From positions 1 through 44,753 of the forward strand of contig JAZRGS010000044.1 of assembly GCA_045644305.1 (NCBI GenBank): a stretch of 44,753 bases of DNA. The letters are read 5' to 3'. The notes below the pieces were generated by a model that saw nothing but the letters and a program-made list of their open reading frames with translations, searched no databases and was not told where the DNA came from. Each line of letters starts with the position of its first letter. Within the stretch, counting starts at the first letter, position 1. Positions 8,229 to 17,298 of the stretch are shown here, piece by piece. The translations under genes and the position numbers were made by a program. Source of the DNA: Eubacteriales bacterium. Lineage in GTDB: Bacteria > Bacillota > Clostridia > Oscillospirales > CAG-382.

Positions 8229-8321
8229 TGCAAATTGTGCAATAGTTAAAAACAACGATTAAAAACTGCGTTTTGTAAGCGCATTATAATATATATATTA
8301 TAAAAAATCACCAAAGCGTAA

Positions 8322-8367
8322 CAAAAAAAGCAAAGAAAAAGGACGCGCCGGTGTTTCCGACGCGTCC
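8322..8367 (-). terminator. Intrinsic terminator of the pyrophosphatase gene
   Basis: The GGACGCG...CGCGTCC stem (8341-8367) is followed on the minus strand by TTTTTCTTTGCTTTTTTT. Confidence 0.75.
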
Positions 8368-8393
8368 GAGTTTGATTAAATCAAAGGGTTATC

Positions 8394-10673
8394 TTAGAAA
8401 AGCATGTTGAGAAGGTTGTTTTCAGCGAAAGCTGCAACGGTAACGAGGGAGATGGTGGACATGATCTTGATAAGAATATCGAGAGAAGGTCCAACAGTAT
8501 CCTTCAAGGGGTCACCAACAGTATCGCCTACGACAGCTGCATCGTGAGCAGCGCCGCCCTTCTTCTGGCCTTCAACGCCGCCGACTTCGATATACTTCTT
8601 ACCGTTGTCCCAAGCGCCGCCTGCGTTACCGCAGAAGAGTGCGAGCATGATAGCGGAAATGGTTGCACCTACGAGTACGCCGCCAACGAAGCCTGCGCCG
8701 AAGATGAAGCCGCAAACAACGGGGAATGCGATACAGAAGATAGCGGGAACGCGCATTTCCTTAAGAGCGCCCTGCGAAGAAATTTCAATGCAGGTCTTGT
8801 AGTCGGGAAGTACTTCGCCTTCCATGAGGCCCTTGATTTCTCTGAACTGACGGCGAACTTCTTCAACCATCTTTTCAGCAGCCTTAGCAACAGCGTTGAT
8901 AAGCATACCGGAGAACATGAAGGGAAGTGCAGCACCGACGATAGCACCAACGAGGATTACGGGTTCCATAACGTTGAGGCTGAGCTCGGTGTAGATTTCA
9001 CCGTGGTGAGAAGCGAAGATGAACGAAGTCATCATTGCGAGGGTAGCGAGAGCTGCGGAACCGATTGCGAAGCCCTTACCGATAGCTGCGGTGGTGTTAC
9101 CAACTGCGTCGAGCTCGTCGGTGATTTCACGAACTTCGGGTTGAAGGAAGGACATTTCTGCGATACCGCCTGCGTTGTCCGAAATAGGACCGTAAGCGTC
9201 AACAGAAACGGTTGCAGCAACGAAGGAAAGCATACCGATTGCAGCTGCAGCAACGCCGTACATACCGGAAAGGAGGTAAGAGCCGTAGATAGCAATACCG
9301 AGAACTACGCAGGGGTACATACAGGAGATCATACCGAGGGAGAGACCCTGGGTGATGGTGAGAGCGGAGCCGTCAACCGATGCGTGGGAAAGAACCTTGG
9401 TAGGCTTGTAGTCGTAAGAGGTGTAGTATTCAGCGATCTTACCGATAACGATACCTGCAACGATACCGATAGCAGCAGCAACCCAAGGAGAAATCCAACC
9501 AATGTTGAAGTCGAGGCCTTCGATAACGGTAGCATCAATGCCCTTGAATGCGAAGTAAGCAATTACAAGGCCGATTGCCATGGTGAGACCTGCAGAGATG
9601 TAGGTTGCGGTGTTGAGTTCCTTGTGGGGGTTGTCGGAAAGCTTCTTACGGATGAAGAGGGAAGCGATACCGATGATGCAGGAGATAAGACCTACTGCAG
9701 CGAATGCGAGGGGGAAGAAAAGCATAGCGGTGAGCATCTTGCCGTCAACGAAGGACGCGTTTGCGAAGAGCTCGATAGCAAGGATAACGCCGGAAAGGAT
9801 AGCGCCTACGTAGGATTCGAGAAGGTCTGCGCCGAGACCTGCAACGTCACCAACGTTGTCGCCAACGTTGTCAGCGATGGTAGCGGGGTTTCTGGGGTCA
9901 TCTTCAGGAATGTGAGCTTCGGTCTTACCAACAAGGTCAGCACCCATGTCAGCAGCCTTGGTGTAGATACCGCCGCCGATACGTGCGAACATTGCGATGA
10001 TAGAGCAGCCGAGAGCATAACCCGAAAGGGTCATGGTGAAGGTTGCGCCGAAGTTGATCTTACCGTTGGTGAAGATGGAGAGAAGGCTTTCGCAAGTGGG
10101 GTTGTCGCCATTGAAAGCTTTGAGGCCTACTTCGGTGCCGTTTGCAGCATCGAGGAATTCGCCTGCTTCGTTAACGAATCTAAGGCTTTCAACAGTTTCG
10201 ATCTGGCCGCAAACAACGCCGAATACGATGAACACGATGAAAATACCGAGAAGCGCAAAGCCCGAAACGCAGAGACCCATTACGGAACCGCCCTTGAAAG
10301 CGACCTTGAGGGTGTCGGAAAGCGACTTGGTGGTACGTGCGGTGTTGGTAACGCGTACGTTTGCGAAGGTTGCGATCTTCATGCCGACCCAACCAGCGGA
10401 TGCACTCATGACTGCGCCGATGATGAATGCGATGGCAGCAGACCAGGAGATGAGGAGTGCGAGAACAAGAGCAACGATCGCAGCAACAACTGCAACTACC
10501 TTGTACTCATAGGTGATGAATGCGTTGGCACCTTCACGAATTGCAGCAGCGATTTCCTGCATTCTGGGGGTACCTTCTTCGAGTTTCTTGACCGAGAAAA
10601 AGTTGAACGCCGCGTATGCGAGACCGCCAAGCGCTGCAACGATTACCAAGCCAAGGACGAGAGTAAGATTCAT
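8394..10673 (-). CDS. hppA: Membrane-integral pyrophosphate-energised cation pump (K+-dependent type by motif)
   Basis: GGGIYTKAADMGADLVGK, DNVGDNVGDVAG, GNTTAAIGKGFAIGSAAL and DTVGDPLKDT are all present. Ala rather than Lys in GNTTAA marks the K+-dependent (often Na+-translocating) subfamily. Confidence 0.95.
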   Translation of the reverse strand: MNLTLVLGLVIVAALGGLAYAAFNFFSVKKLEEGTPRMQEIAAAIREGANAFITYEYKVVAVVAAIVALVLALLISWSAAIAFIIGAVMSASAGWVGMKIATFANVRVTNTARTTKSLSDTLKVAFKGGSVMGLCVSGFALLGIFIVFIVFGVVCGQIETVESLRFVNEAGEFLDAANGTEVGLKAFNGDNPTCESLLSIFTNGKINFGATFTMTLSGYALGCSIIAMFARIGGGIYTKAADMGADLVGKTEAHIPEDDPRNPATIADNVGDNVGDVAGLGADLLESYVGAILSGVILAIELFANASFVDGKMLTAMLFFPLAFAAVGLISCIIGIASLFIRKKLSDNPHKELNTATYISAGLTMAIGLVIAYFAFKGIDATVIEGLDFNIGWISPWVAAAIGIVAGIVIGKIAEYYTSYDYKPTKVLSHASVDGSALTITQGLSLGMISCMYPCVVLGIAIYGSYLLSGMYGVAAAAIGMLSFVAATVSVDAYGPISDNAGGIAEMSFLQPEVREITDELDAVGNTTAAIGKGFAIGSAALATLAMMTSFIFASHHGEIYTELSLNVMEPVILVGAIVGAALPFMFSGMLINAVAKAAEKMVEEVRRQFREIKGLMEGEVLPDYKTCIEISSQGALKEMRVPAIFCIAFPVVCGFIFGAGFVGGVLVGATISAIMLALFCGNAGGAWDNGKKYIEVGGVEGQKKGGAAHDAAVVGDTVGDPLKDTVGPSLDILIKIMSTISLVTVAAFAENNLLNMLF

Positions 10674-10767
10674 AATCTGTCCCTTTCTTAAACTTTCGGC
10701 TTCGTGCCGTTTTTTTGATTATGTTTTTTGGAGCTTCGGGCGAATGCCCACACTCCGCTTGCTACCT

Positions 10768-10796
10768 ATTATATTTATTAATTTCAATAGTGTCAA
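10768..10796 (-). promoter_or_regulatory. Consensus sigma-A promoter of hppA
   Basis: The minus strand reads TTGACA-17 nt-TATAAT. Confidence 0.65.
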
Positions 10797-10989
10797 GCAA
10801 GATTTTACAAAAAATTCTTTTTTGTGCGCTTTTACAAACAAACACCTTTTCGATAAGTTTTTTTGTGCAAAGTTAAGGAACGGTAAAGGAGGTGTTAATA
10901 TCGATTAACGTTCGGTAAAAATTTGTGATGCAGAATTTTACCGATTTCATATAAAGAAAACATAAAATTACGAAAAAATTCATAATTGA

Positions 10990-11018
10990 TTGACTTTTCG
11001 TTTGCGCTGTGGTACAAA
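10990..11018 (+). promoter_or_regulatory. Sigma-A promoter of the GH20 gene
   Basis: TTGACT-17 nt-TACAAA, with TG one base upstream of the -10. An 8-bp hairpin (AAGAGTAA-aca-TTACTCTT) follows, just before the Shine-Dalgarno. Confidence 0.5.
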
Positions 11019-11054
11019 TTAAGAGTAAACATTACTCTTACAAAGGAGATAAAA

Positions 11055-12857
11055 ATGACTATACTTCCGCAACCCAAAAAATTAAAGAAGACAGGCGGCG
11101 TCGTTGCTACCGCAGGTCTTAATATCGTACTTACCATGAAGTGCGACAGCCGTATTTTCAAGGCGGCTCAGAAGCTTGCAAACGAAATTTATGAGGAAAC
11201 CGGTATAGATCCCGTTATCACCAAGGTGCTCGGCACCCCTTCGGTAGAGGGTAACATCGTTATCGACTGTCTCGGTAAAAAGAACGGCGAGGCTTACAAG
11301 CTTTCGGCACGCGAAAACGGCATTCTCATCACCGGCGATACCTTGGCAGGCACCTTCTACGGTATCCAGACTCTTCGTCAGATGCTCGAAACCTGCGGCG
11401 AGGATATCGAATGCTGCGAAATCGAGGACAAGCCCGATATGTCCTACCGCGGATTCTATCATGATGCATCGCGCGGCAGAGTCCCCAATCTCGACGGCGT
11501 GTTCAAGATGATCGACTTCCTTTCTTACTATAAGCACAATTCCTATCAGCTTTACATCGAGCACACCTTCGCATTCGACGAATACAAGGGCATCTACAAG
11601 GCGTTCGGCTATATGACCGCCGAGGAAATTATGCAGATCGACGATTACTGCTACGAAAACTTCGTGGATTTCGTTCCCTCGCTTTCCTCGTTCGGCCACC
11701 TCTTCCGCTTGCTCGAAAGCAACAAGTACAAGCATCTTTGCGAGCTTGACGGCTTTGAAGCAACCAAGAATCCCTGGCACAACTTTATGCTTCACCACAC
11801 CATCAACGCTAGCGACGAAAGAAGCTTTGACCTTGTAAAATCTATCATTAACCAATACGTTCCCCTTTTCCGCAGTAAGTATTTCAACATCTGCTGCGAC
11901 GAAACCTTCGATATCTGCAACGGCAAGAACGCAGGCAAGGACAAGGGCGAGCTTTATCTTGATTTCACTCTTAAGATCATCGATCACCTCAAGTCGCTCG
12001 GTAAGACGGTTATGATGTGGGGCGACGTTGTTCTTAACCACCCCGAAACCATGTCCCGCTTCCCCGACGATATGGTTATGCTCAACTGGTGCTACGATTG
12101 CAACCCGATACTCGAGAACGTCGATAAGTTCGCAGAGCAGAAGTTCGGTCAGATCGTTTGCCCCGGCACAAGCTGCTGGAACCAGTTCTGCGAATGTGTC
12201 GGTTACGCAGAGCAGAACATCACGAAGATGGTTCAAAAGGGCGGAGAATGCAAGGTTATGGGTATGCTTAATACCTCGTGGGGCGACTACGGTGCAGTTT
12301 GCCCGATGTCCTGCACTCTTTACGGCGTAGTTCTCGGCGGCGCGCTTGCTTGGAACCGCAAGACCAAGGTTATGTGCGAAAAGTTCGATAAGGCTGTTTC
12401 CGAGCTCGTTTACGGCGATGCTTCGGGCGAAACCGTTAAGCTTATCCGTAAGTTCGACGCGTACGAACGTGTTCTTTGCTGGAGCCAGTACGTCAACGCT
12501 ATGTTCGACAACCGCTTCGCAACCTGGGGCGACACCGCGATGCCTACTGACGCCGCTCCTTTTATCGAAAATGCGAAGAATTGCTATGCGCTTGCAGAAT
12601 CCTTCCGCAGACTTCCCGTACAGAGCGAGCTTACCGTTGATCTCCGCGTAATGGCAGAGGGCGAGGCTATCATCAACCTCCGCATGGCAAGACTTATCGA
12701 CGGTGTGACCGAAATCGACGAGGCTAAGGTCGAGGCTTGGATCGAGCGCTACAGCGAAAGCTGGCTCCGCGACGATAAGTACGGCGAGCTTGACGCAGTT
12801 ATCGCAGTTATCCGCGGCAAGAAGTTCAGCTATCAGGATCTCCTTACCAACGCGTAA
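11055..12857 (+). CDS. Glycoside hydrolase family 20 beta-N-acetylhexosaminidase-like protein (no signal peptide)
   Basis: There is an N-terminal GH20b-like domain (GILITGDTLAGTFYGIQTLRQM), then DKPDMSYRGFYHDASRGRVP and a D-E pair in NICCDETF at the position of the GH20 catalytic DE. AAGGAG lies before ATG 11055. Confidence 0.8.
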   Translation: MTILPQPKKLKKTGGVVATAGLNIVLTMKCDSRIFKAAQKLANEIYEETGIDPVITKVLGTPSVEGNIVIDCLGKKNGEAYKLSARENGILITGDTLAGTFYGIQTLRQMLETCGEDIECCEIEDKPDMSYRGFYHDASRGRVPNLDGVFKMIDFLSYYKHNSYQLYIEHTFAFDEYKGIYKAFGYMTAEEIMQIDDYCYENFVDFVPSLSSFGHLFRLLESNKYKHLCELDGFEATKNPWHNFMLHHTINASDERSFDLVKSIINQYVPLFRSKYFNICCDETFDICNGKNAGKDKGELYLDFTLKIIDHLKSLGKTVMMWGDVVLNHPETMSRFPDDMVMLNWCYDCNPILENVDKFAEQKFGQIVCPGTSCWNQFCECVGYAEQNITKMVQKGGECKVMGMLNTSWGDYGAVCPMSCTLYGVVLGGALAWNRKTKVMCEKFDKAVSELVYGDASGETVKLIRKFDAYERVLCWSQYVNAMFDNRFATWGDTAMPTDAAPFIENAKNCYALAESFRRLPVQSELTVDLRVMAEGEAIINLRMARLIDGVTEIDEAKVEAWIERYSESWLRDDKYGELDAVIAVIRGKKFSYQDLLTNA

Positions 12858-12868
12858 ATAAAATAATC

Positions 12869-12900
12869 GAGAGGTGCAATATATGCACCTCTCTTTTTTT
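12869..12900 (+). terminator. Intrinsic terminator after GH20
   Basis: GAGAGGTGCA-atata-TGCACCTCTC followed by TTTTTTT. Confidence 0.85.
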
Positions 12901-13025
12901 GTGCTTGAAATATGCCTTTATGCGAAAACAGTCTGTGGACACTATTGACAAATTTTCATCGTTATGATAAAACTTTAATGTCGATAACATAAAAAATGCA
13001 ACTCGACAGGGAAAGGGGAATATAA

Positions 13026-15455
13026 ATGAAGAAAATAAGGCTGCTATCGCTTTTACTCGTGCTGTGTATGCTTGTGTCGGTATTGTCCGCCTGCGGCGAT
13101 AAAACGCCCGACAGCGAAAGCTCATACGCTTCGTCGGAAGTCTCATCAAGTGACGTATCCGACGCATCCGACGTATCCGCAGAGCCCGAGCGTATCGACG
13201 GTACCGAAAAATACGAAGCCGCGGCAAAGCTTTTTGCCGAAAGCGAAAACCTCAGGATAAGCACGACGTATTCGCGCACGGTGACTGTCGGAACCGAGCA
13301 GAGAACCGAAAACGGAACGCTTGATGAGATCTACCTTTCCTACGGAAAACGCGATATGTCCTATTATTGCGAGTCGGAGACCGACTTCGGTGAGCGTACG
13401 GTCGAGCTGACCGAAACGCTCAAGGACGGAACGGTGTTTATGCTCTATGACGGAAAGGGCTTTTATTCTCCCGCAGAAAAGGAGTATGAGCTTTTCATAC
13501 CCGATGCAGAGCTTTACGGCGAGATAACCGAGCTTGCCGAGCCGGACGAAAACGGCAACACCGTTATCACTCTTACCGACGCCGAGTCTGTCGAGAGCTG
13601 TTTTGCGTACGAATACGCGACGGTTACCGAAGCAAGTGCAGAGGCGGTCATTGATGAAAACGGCGATATCGTCTCGATTGCATACAGTGCCGAATACGAG
13701 CAGGGTGCGGCGCATTACGATTTCAGATACAGCTGTGATATCGAGCGCTTGGACGAAGGCTCGCTTCCGAGTATCGATATTCCCGAGGATGCAAAGGAAT
13801 ATCAGTCGGTAAATTCGGTTACGGCGGTGAAGTATTTTGACGAATCGCTTATGAATCTGCGCGGTCTCGGCACCTATATCAGCGACGGACAGTATTATAT
13901 GCTTACGATGGGCATGTCGAATGAGCTTCAGTGCAGCTCGACTTATTCGGTGTTCGAATACGGCGACGATATCGTTTGCGACTTCAGTATGCAGAAATAC
14001 AGCGGCTGGTACGATATTGATACAGGTGAATGGAATCAGATTATAGCCGATAACGAGACGAAGATCATTGACAATGAGCGTACCGCAAGCATCAACGGTC
14101 TCGAAAAGACCGACTCTCTTACCGATGAAGAGGTAAGGGAATATTGCGAGGATCAGCACGAGAGTCTGTTCTTCTGCGTTCCCGATATCGAAAACATAAA
14201 GCAGATCGATATAACGGCGTTCGACGGATACGTAACGCTTACCGTACATGGCAACAGCTCGTACGGCAAGGAAATACGCAAAAACGTATCCGATATGCTC
14301 AAGTATATCGACGAGCTTGAAGATATCGTTGACGATTACGAAACCAAAAAGATCGAATTTGTTCTGACTGTCGACATCGACACGGGATATCCCGTTGCGA
14401 TGAGCACCGATTACGAGGGCGCGCACGTTTTCGAGGGCTTCGACTACGATTTCGGTTATGAGCGCACCGTTTCCATAACCCCCGCAAGCCCCGAAATATA
14501 TTTCGATATTACCGATGAACAGCATCCCGCATTCGAATCCGAGCCTGCCGATGAGGATAAAGCGAAGCCCTTGTTCTATAAGGTAACCGATTCCGAAGGA
14601 AACGTTATGTGGCTTCTCGGCACCATCCACGTGGGCGACAACCGTACGGCTTTTCTCCCCGATGAGATATACGAGGCGTTCGACGCGTCCGATGCGGCTG
14701 CGTTCGAGATCGACCTTCTCGCATTTAACGAAGCGTTTGAGCTCGGCGAGGACGAGGATCTTCTGGAGCTTTACAGCGAGGCTTATTTATACGAAAACGA
14801 CACTATCGACGATAATATCGATGAAACGCTGTACCGTGACGCAAAGGAGCTGTTCGATGCACTCGGATTGGGCAGTTACGGCGATTATATCGGCTATCTC
14901 GGCTCGGCAAAGCCCAATATGTGGTCTTCGATCCTTGACAGCACCTATCTTTCTCATGTAATGGGAGTTTATCACACAAAGGGCGTCGATTACCGTTTGC
15001 TGAGCCGTGCGAAGGATGCGGGCAAGAAGGTATACGAGGTAGAGGACCGCAACCGCGAGTTTGATATGCAAATAGCCTTCTCCGACGACGTGCACGAGCT
15101 TAATCTTTACTCGAGCGTTTATTATCCGCGTTCCTACTACCGTACGGATATGATCGCTATGTTTGAGGCGTGGTGCGAGGGCGATTACGATGAATTGAGC
15201 GAGCTTATCAACACGCCTGCGGATCTTACGGGTATGTCCGATGATGAAATAGAAGCTTACGAGGAATACAACAAGGCTCTCAGCGACGACCGCGACGCGC
15301 TGATGCTCGAAAGGGCTAAGGAATATCTCGCAAGCGGCGAGACCGTGTTCTATGCGGTCGGTCTTGCACACCTGCTTGACGAGGACACCGGACTTCTCAG
15401 GACGCTTGAAGAGGCCGGCTACACCGTTGAGCTTGTAAGCTATTCGGCGGAATAA
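13026..15455 (+). CDS. Lipoprotein with a C-terminal TraB/GumN family domain and a ~520-aa N-terminal region of unknown type
   Basis: The lipobox is MLVSVLSAC, followed by a Ser/Asp-rich linker. The C-terminal third contains LFYKVTDSEGNVMWLLGTIHVGD and FYAVGLAHL, typical of TraB/GumN. Confidence 0.75.
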   Translation: MKKIRLLSLLLVLCMLVSVLSACGDKTPDSESSYASSEVSSSDVSDASDVSAEPERIDGTEKYEAAAKLFAESENLRISTTYSRTVTVGTEQRTENGTLDEIYLSYGKRDMSYYCESETDFGERTVELTETLKDGTVFMLYDGKGFYSPAEKEYELFIPDAELYGEITELAEPDENGNTVITLTDAESVESCFAYEYATVTEASAEAVIDENGDIVSIAYSAEYEQGAAHYDFRYSCDIERLDEGSLPSIDIPEDAKEYQSVNSVTAVKYFDESLMNLRGLGTYISDGQYYMLTMGMSNELQCSSTYSVFEYGDDIVCDFSMQKYSGWYDIDTGEWNQIIADNETKIIDNERTASINGLEKTDSLTDEEVREYCEDQHESLFFCVPDIENIKQIDITAFDGYVTLTVHGNSSYGKEIRKNVSDMLKYIDELEDIVDDYETKKIEFVLTVDIDTGYPVAMSTDYEGAHVFEGFDYDFGYERTVSITPASPEIYFDITDEQHPAFESEPADEDKAKPLFYKVTDSEGNVMWLLGTIHVGDNRTAFLPDEIYEAFDASDAAAFEIDLLAFNEAFELGEDEDLLELYSEAYLYENDTIDDNIDETLYRDAKELFDALGLGSYGDYIGYLGSAKPNMWSSILDSTYLSHVMGVYHTKGVDYRLLSRAKDAGKKVYEVEDRNREFDMQIAFSDDVHELNLYSSVYYPRSYYRTDMIAMFEAWCEGDYDELSELINTPADLTGMSDDEIEAYEEYNKALSDDRDALMLERAKEYLASGETVFYAVGLAHLLDEDTGLLRTLEEAGYTVELVSYSAE

Positions 15456-15526
15456 AAAATCCGTATTCGAATACCGCAGACCTTACGTGCATATAATGAT
15501 ATAAAAAAGGCACGGAGGGACAAGCG

Positions 15527-15682
15527 ATGAAGGAATATTCGACCTATCACAAATTCAAGAAGCGCAACGGTGAGGAATTTTATCTGCCCGTTTCGGAATT
15601 TTCGTCCTTAAAGGGAGCGCTGGAGCACGCCGAAAGAATCGACGCTTTTGCGGTTTATTTGGGAATAAAAATCCAATTTTGA
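15527..15682 (+). CDS. Small hypothetical protein (51 aa)
   Basis: It is not in the ORF track. ATG lies 6 nt after GGAGGGA. Translation reads MKEYSTYHKFKKRNGEEFYLPVSEFSSLKGALEHAERIDAFAVYLGIKIQF. I recognise no family. Confidence 0.35.
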   Translation: MKEYSTYHKFKKRNGEEFYLPVSEFSSLKGALEHAERIDAFAVYLGIKIQF

Positions 15683-15746
15683 CTTTACTTTTTCTTCGGA
15701 AGGTGGTATAAATAAAGTTACTTAAAGACGCTTTTCGGAGGTCTCA

Positions 15747-16454
15747 ATGGGATATTTTTACGATCTTCACGTACATTCGAAGGAATGCAGCGGGTGTGCC
15801 GCGACGAGCGCTGCGGATATGGTCATAGCTTCGAAAAACGCGGGATATTCTGGCTTTGTGCTTACCAATCACTTCTTGTCGGGCAACAATTGCGTCCCCA
15901 AGGAGCTGCCTTGGGAGGAGCGCGTTGCTTATTATTGGAACGCTTATCTTGAGGCGAAAAGGGTTGGAGACGAGGTCGATTTCGACGTTTTTTTCGGCAT
16001 TGAGCATCATTACGGCTATGCGCGCGAGATTTTGATTTACGGAATCGATTATGATTTTCTTGCCGCGATTCCCGATTTTTGCAGTCTGCCTGCCGAGGAG
16101 ATATGCGAACGCGTTCACAAGGTCGGCGGCTTTGTTTCGCACGCGCATCCCTTCCGCGAGAGGGGATATATTCCCGTCGGCGATTATAATATGGATTATT
16201 CCTATCTTGATGCGATAGAAATTTTAAACAGCGCAAACCGCGAAATCGAGGACGTGCGGGCAAAGGAGCTTCAGGAAAGTCTTGGTCTCGCGTTTACCGC
16301 GGGTAACGATTTGCATTATGCACCGCATCTTGAAAGCTTCCCGAAATCGGGGCTTGTCTTTGATAAGCGCATCCGCACAAACGACGAGCTGCTTGCCGCT
16401 TTGCGGGCACGCGTCGGTGTTCCCAAATATTCGGGAGAAAGATATTTTAAATAA
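15747..16454 (+). CDS. PHP-domain metal-dependent phosphoesterase
   Basis: The N-terminal YDLHVHS motif, later TNHF, EHHYG and SHAHPFR histidine clusters, and a GGAGG Shine-Dalgarno. Confidence 0.8.
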   Translation: MGYFYDLHVHSKECSGCAATSAADMVIASKNAGYSGFVLTNHFLSGNNCVPKELPWEERVAYYWNAYLEAKRVGDEVDFDVFFGIEHHYGYAREILIYGIDYDFLAAIPDFCSLPAEEICERVHKVGGFVSHAHPFRERGYIPVGDYNMDYSYLDAIEILNSANREIEDVRAKELQESLGLAFTAGNDLHYAPHLESFPKSGLVFDKRIRTNDELLAALRARVGVPKYSGERYFK

Positions 16455-16480
16455 AGAAGGGCTTTTGGCTCTTCTTTTTT
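16454..16480 (+). terminator. Intrinsic terminator after the PHP gene
   Basis: AAGAAGGGC-5 nt-GCTCTTCTT (9 bp including one G-U) followed by TTTT. Confidence 0.65.
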
Positions 16481-16526
16481 GTTATCGCAAAAAGAAAAAT
16501 ATTTATCGAAAAACAATAAATAAATA

Positions 16527-16555
16527 TTGACAAACGAAAATTCCTGTGTTATTAT
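16527..16555 (+). promoter_or_regulatory. Sigma-A promoter of the DUF2975/HTH/membrane-protein operon
   Basis: TTGACA-17 nt-TATTAT with an upstream TG. Confidence 0.6.
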
Positions 16556-16597
16556 GGAAACACAAAGAATCGGCAATGCCGAGGAAAAGAGGTTATT

Positions 16598-17080
16598 ATG
16601 CTTAAGATTTCAACACGACTCAGCACGCTTTTATCGATGATTTTGGCGATTGCGTTTGCCGCGGTTATTTTGGTGATGATGGTTTTGATGCCGTTGCTTC
16701 TCGATAGCGCTCCGATGATGAAAAGCGTTTACGATTATTTCGTTTTGTCTGATATCGATATCATAGACGGCGCGTGCGTTTTTTGGATATGGTATTATTC
16801 GGTTTCTGCGGTTGCGGTTTTTTGCTGTGTATCGGTTACCGCGTTGCTCTTCCGCGTTCGTAAAAGATTGGTGTTTAGCGACGCTTCTGTGGCGATGATC
16901 CGTCTTTCGTCGTGGAGCTGTCTGCTGATAGCGCTTCTTTGCATCCTTGTGATCGGATATTTCCACATGGCGGCTGTGCTTGCCCTCGCCGCAGGCTTTT
17001 TGGGACTTTGCCTGCGCGTGGTTAAGAACGTGATCGAGGAAGCGACGCTTATCAAAAGCGAAAACGACCTTACCGTTTAA
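16598..17080 (+). CDS. DUF2975-like four-helix membrane protein (YoaS-like)
   Basis: The protein is 160 aa with four hydrophobic helices. It sits immediately upstream of a YozG-type HTH gene, the arrangement known for B. subtilis yoaS-yozG. Confidence 0.6.
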   Translation: MLKISTRLSTLLSMILAIAFAAVILVMMVLMPLLLDSAPMMKSVYDYFVLSDIDIIDGACVFWIWYYSVSAVAVFCCVSVTALLFRVRKRLVFSDASVAMIRLSSWSCLLIALLCILVIGYFHMAAVLALAAGFLGLCLRVVKNVIEEATLIKSENDLTV

Positions 17081-17091
17081 GAGGTGAAATT

Positions 17092-17298
17092 ATGATCGTT
17101 ATTAATCTTGACGTTATTATGGCGAAGCGCAAAATGTCGTTAAAGGAGCTTTCGGACGCAGTCGGAATCACGCTTGCGAATCTTTCGATTTTAAAGAACA
17201 ACAAGGCGAAGGCGATTCGCTTTTCGACGCTCGAGGCACTTTGCAAGGCGCTTGAATGTAAGGTAGAGGATATTATTGAATACCGCGAGGATGAATGA
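17092..17298 (+). CDS. Small XRE/Cro-type HTH transcriptional regulator (YozG-like)
   Basis: MIVINLDVIMAKRKMSLKELSDAVGITLANLSILKNNKAKAIRFSTLEALCKALECKVEDIIEY matches the YozG/y4mF pattern (68 aa). Confidence 0.85.
   Translation: MIVINLDVIMAKRKMSLKELSDAVGITLANLSILKNNKAKAIRFSTLEALCKALECKVEDIIEYREDE

Noticed and set aside
8544-10691. 715-aa plus-strand ORF antisense to hppA.
   Set aside because: It shows the same codon-phase shadow effect (8544-8394 is a multiple of 3). The hppA strand carries unmistakable pyrophosphatase motifs, and the antisense product is low-complexity (D/E/G/C/N-rich).
10801-10947. AT-rich hairpin (ACAAAAAA-ttc-TTTTTTGT), duplicated TTTTACAAA / TTTTTTGTGC words, and a CGGTAAAAATT...AATTTTACCG inverted repeat in the hppA/GH20 divergent region. 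A strong AAAGGAGGTG here is not followed by an ORF.
   Set aside because: This is low-complexity AT-rich intergenic DNA where such matches arise easily. There is no ORF, no terminator context and no recognisable RNA family, which is not enough to call a feature.
16631-17055. Minus-strand R/H/N/K-rich ORFs inside the DUF2975-like gene.
   Set aside because: They are antisense shadows of a membrane-protein gene (codons for L/I/V/F read backwards), with no start context.
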